A stretch of DNA of 32,000 nt from Paramicrosporidium saccamoebae KSL3 (Eukaryota > Fungi > Cryptomycota). Positions within the stretch are counted from its first letter, which is position 1. Each line of letters begins with the position of its first letter. The stretch is taken from the NCBI GenBank assembly GCA_002794465.1, contig MTSL01000205.1, positions 129,810 to 161,809 on the forward strand. Direction: 5' to 3'. The notes beneath the pieces are model-generated. The model searched no databases. It was not told where the DNA came from and saw only the letters and a list, made by a program, of their open reading frames with translations. A program made the translations under genes and the position numbers. Below, one piece after another: positions 29,336-32,000 of the stretch.

Positions 29336-31969
29336 ATGAGTGAATTCCGAAAGTATCGATTAGTATCCAAGCTTCTCGACCACTATGGAGTTGCAGCAGC
29401 ACCTCAAAAGTACATTTCCCTTTTGAGATCTAATTCGAATGACCATAATGTATGCTGTGTGAAAGTTGCATCATTGTAATGTAGGAAGTTGTCGACATCA
29501 AGTGTCTAATCGCCCAATCTGAGGATCCTTCCCGGTTTGATGACCTTTCAGCAAGACTGAATAGCGAGTGGTACAACAACTGCTTTAATTTTCACTCTAA
29601 AGTGCAACGGATTTGGGCCGGATTCTTGGTTTGGCCAAGCTTCTCGCTGGATATGTGGCCACTGAAATCCCCTTTCAGCCAATTTCATCAGAGGCTGGCA
29701 AACCCGAACGTATTATGCCCGAGCCTACTTATCGCAAAATTTCCCCTGTCATTGAGGATATTGTTCCCTCCATAGCACACAGAAACGGATCCATAACCAA
29801 CGATGACTCATTGTTGGAAGAGGTATTGCGAGGTGTGTTGGGTTGATCCGTTTAGCTTTCGAAAAAGCTCAGCACCACCCAAAATCGCTTGGGCGTATTT
29901 GATTCCAGATTCATCGAGGCAAGCGATAGGAAGCCGGCGGGTGTTTCCGGAGGACTAAAGGTATGTCTGTCTGGTCGACCAATCTCTTAGGTGAAAACTT
30001 TTAAAAATGACTATGAATGGACTGCGGCCAGTTTTCCCACGCCATTGCAAGAAGTTTTGCTCATTGAAGATTCGTTATTCTTGCTCCTTGGAATATCTGG
30101 GCGCTATGTTCTCTTTGATGATGCAGAGGAATTTGGCGTTTTCATCGATGAGACATTAACATCATCTCTTTTCGATTCAATCTTGCCCGTATTGAATATC
30201 GGATGTTACTACAAGTACCTGGAATTGTTCTCTCAGCAATGTGCTGCTTATGAAAACGGCAGTGTTTGCCAGGCCCTTTCCTCGAGCCTTCAAAGTCTTT
30301 TAGTTGTATCTCAATCCTCTCTGCAAGTTTATTCGTAGGAATACCGGCAAGCCGTTGTAGTCCTTGAAAAAAAGTTTGCAAGCGGAAATCTCGGCCTCCA
30401 ACAACTAATATTTCATTTGCAGCCATTTGACAGGAACTTAAAGGTTCTCTATGAGCTTGCCAGAACCATAAACGAGGGAAAGATTCGTGGCGGGGCAATT
30501 CTGGTCGAATTGGAGCGACTCATGACCGTGTATGCTGGTGATAAGGCTGTGCGTTCACTGTTGGAGCCCATTCTGATTACGTGTGGGACGCCAATACTGT
30601 CAATGCTGTCTAAATGGCTACGCTCGGGCACGGCCGACGATCCCTGTGGCGAATATTTTGTCCGTCAACGGACCATGTTTGATGTGGAGGGAAGAACTGA
30701 AAATCCAATTTTGGATGCATTTATAGTCGTTGACCGAAACCTTCCATCAATTTTCCAGCCATCAGTCCAAAAAATTGTTCGAATTGGGGCGTACCAAAGC
30801 ATCCTTCGTGCCTATTGCGGCGATTCAGACAGTTATTCAATCGAGGGATTGGATGCCCTGCTCTCAACTAGCATCTCCTACGAAATCCGTCGGGTCACTG
30901 CTTTGGTGGACAAGTGTCTTGGTATTTTAAATCGTCAAATGCTTCTCCAGCTCGTTGCTGAAGATCGTCTCAGGCATGCACTAAGGTACCAAGCGATTAT
31001 ATTTTTTATACATACAGTCTATGTCGGAGATATTATTTTGTCGAAAACGGAGATGCCATCCACACGTTCCTCGATACTTGTAGAAATGATTTGAACAAGC
31101 CTGGACCTGCCGTTATCCAAGCAAGAGTAAAGTCCAGCTGGGAAAATATCCAAAAGTCTAGCTACGCACACCGCGACGATTTTTCACGAGTTCAGTGTTA
31201 TCAGGCGGAGCTCGGTTTATGGGAACATTTGGGTCGCATCACCAACGACGGCACTAGAGAAGAATCCAGCTACCCCCACGATCCCCTTCAAGGGCTGGAT
31301 CTGTTCTCACTTCAAGTCAAGTTTGATTTCCCCGATACCCTCATCTTTGATGCCAACATTCTTGCAAAATATGAGCTCATCTTCCGCTTCTTGTTCCGTA
31401 TAGTTGACTTGACACGCGAAATTTCCCGCTCTCCAAAATTCTCCTCCAAGACCCATCGCTCAGTTGTGCGGCGCTTCCAACTAATACGACGCCAAATGCT
31501 GCACTTTTTACAAAACATCCACCAATATCTTTCCTATGAAGTGTTGGAGCCAAGCTGGCACTCTCTGGACGAATCGATCACACGAGCTACCGGTTTGGAT
31601 GAGATTCTTCAAGTTCATTCCAAATTCCTGGATTTGTGTTTGCGACAGGCCATGCTTACAAACTCCAAGTTAATGCGGATACTGAATCTCCTGTTTAATC
31701 AATGTGCGCGCCTAGCAGGCCTCAACGTGTTGGACTTGGAATCTCCCGAGAGCGCTGCTCGATTATCAAGTATTACTTCAGAGTTCAACAAGATGATTCG
31801 CATGTTTTTGGAAGCTTTGCAGTATTTTTCCTCGCGAGATTACGACTACCATCTCGGTAATCTGTTTAGCCGGATTGACTATAATTCATTTTACTATGCT
31901 ACTTCCTATGGAAGTGACGCACATGATCAAAATGCCCGAAGACACCACTTGCCAATAATGACTGAGTAA
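29336..31969 (+). CDS. SPC97: Gamma-tubulin complex component 2; introns 29450-29484, 29571-29602, 29823-29855, 29961-29990, 30306-30338, 30986-31017
   Basis: QEVLLIEDSLFLLLGISGRY, LQQLIFHLQP, YFVENGDAIHTFLD, YELIFRFLF, RRQMLHFLQNIHQYLSYEVLEPSW, HSKFLDLCL match GCP2 grip motifs. The N-terminal exons are less certain. Confidence 0.87.
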
Positions 31970-31989
31970 AATGGTGAATTTATTGGTAT

Positions 31990-32000
31990 GGGGGGGGGGG
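31990..32000. repeat. Poly-G run truncated by the window edge
   Basis: At least 11 consecutive G at the end of the window. Confidence 0.8.

Noticed and set aside
13257-31094. Apparent frameshifts or pseudogenes in VMA13, TMEM245, RFC5, GLO2 and SPC97
   Set aside because: Each break coincides with a 29-37 nt intron whose removal restores conserved motifs.
599-31518. Numerous antisense and overlapping ORFs of 60-150 aa in the track
   Set aside because: They are shadows of real genes on the opposite strand or frame, with no independent motifs.
1-32000. CRISPR arrays, tRNA or rRNA genes, transposase or reverse-transcriptase ORFs
   Set aside because: No regularly spaced repeat-spacer array, no cloverleaf with A/B boxes, and no such domains seen by eye.

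Overview
Gene-dense eukaryotic DNA from a compact fungus-related genome. It reads like a Rozellomycota/early-microsporidian-grade organism such as Paramicrosporidium or Mitosporidium; that placement is inference from compactness, gene set and tiny introns, not a database result. I reconstructed about 22 protein-coding genes by hand, many split by miniature spliceosomal introns: 35 of 37 inferred introns are 29-39 nt. Genes in order: GMD, NUF2, FZO1, OS-9/YOS9-like lectin, a 567-aa orphan, a BRO1/ALIX-family protein, SEC11, VMA13, LSG1, TMEM245-like, a small ORF, RFC5(yeast)/RFC3(human), glyoxalase II, PIG-P, an RRM protein, actin, ISA1, a 256-aa orphan, UTP6, UTP18, RPL35 and SPC97/GCP2. The RRM and ISA1 genes are largely invisible in the ORF track. 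I found no rRNA, tRNA, CRISPR array or transposase. Strongest unexplained signals: (1) a dispersed ~65-70 bp two-box intergenic element built around TATAAAG, with four full or near-full copies and one half copy, always just beyond gene 3' ends; (2) an obligatory non-canonical intron (GA-AG or AT-AC) in the RFC gene; (3) a secreted-looking orphan with strict 11-residue Y(G) periodicity; (4) a UTP6-UTP18-RPL35 ribosome-biogenesis cluster with an extremely short head-to-head junction. All gene models are manual predictions without RNA evidence.
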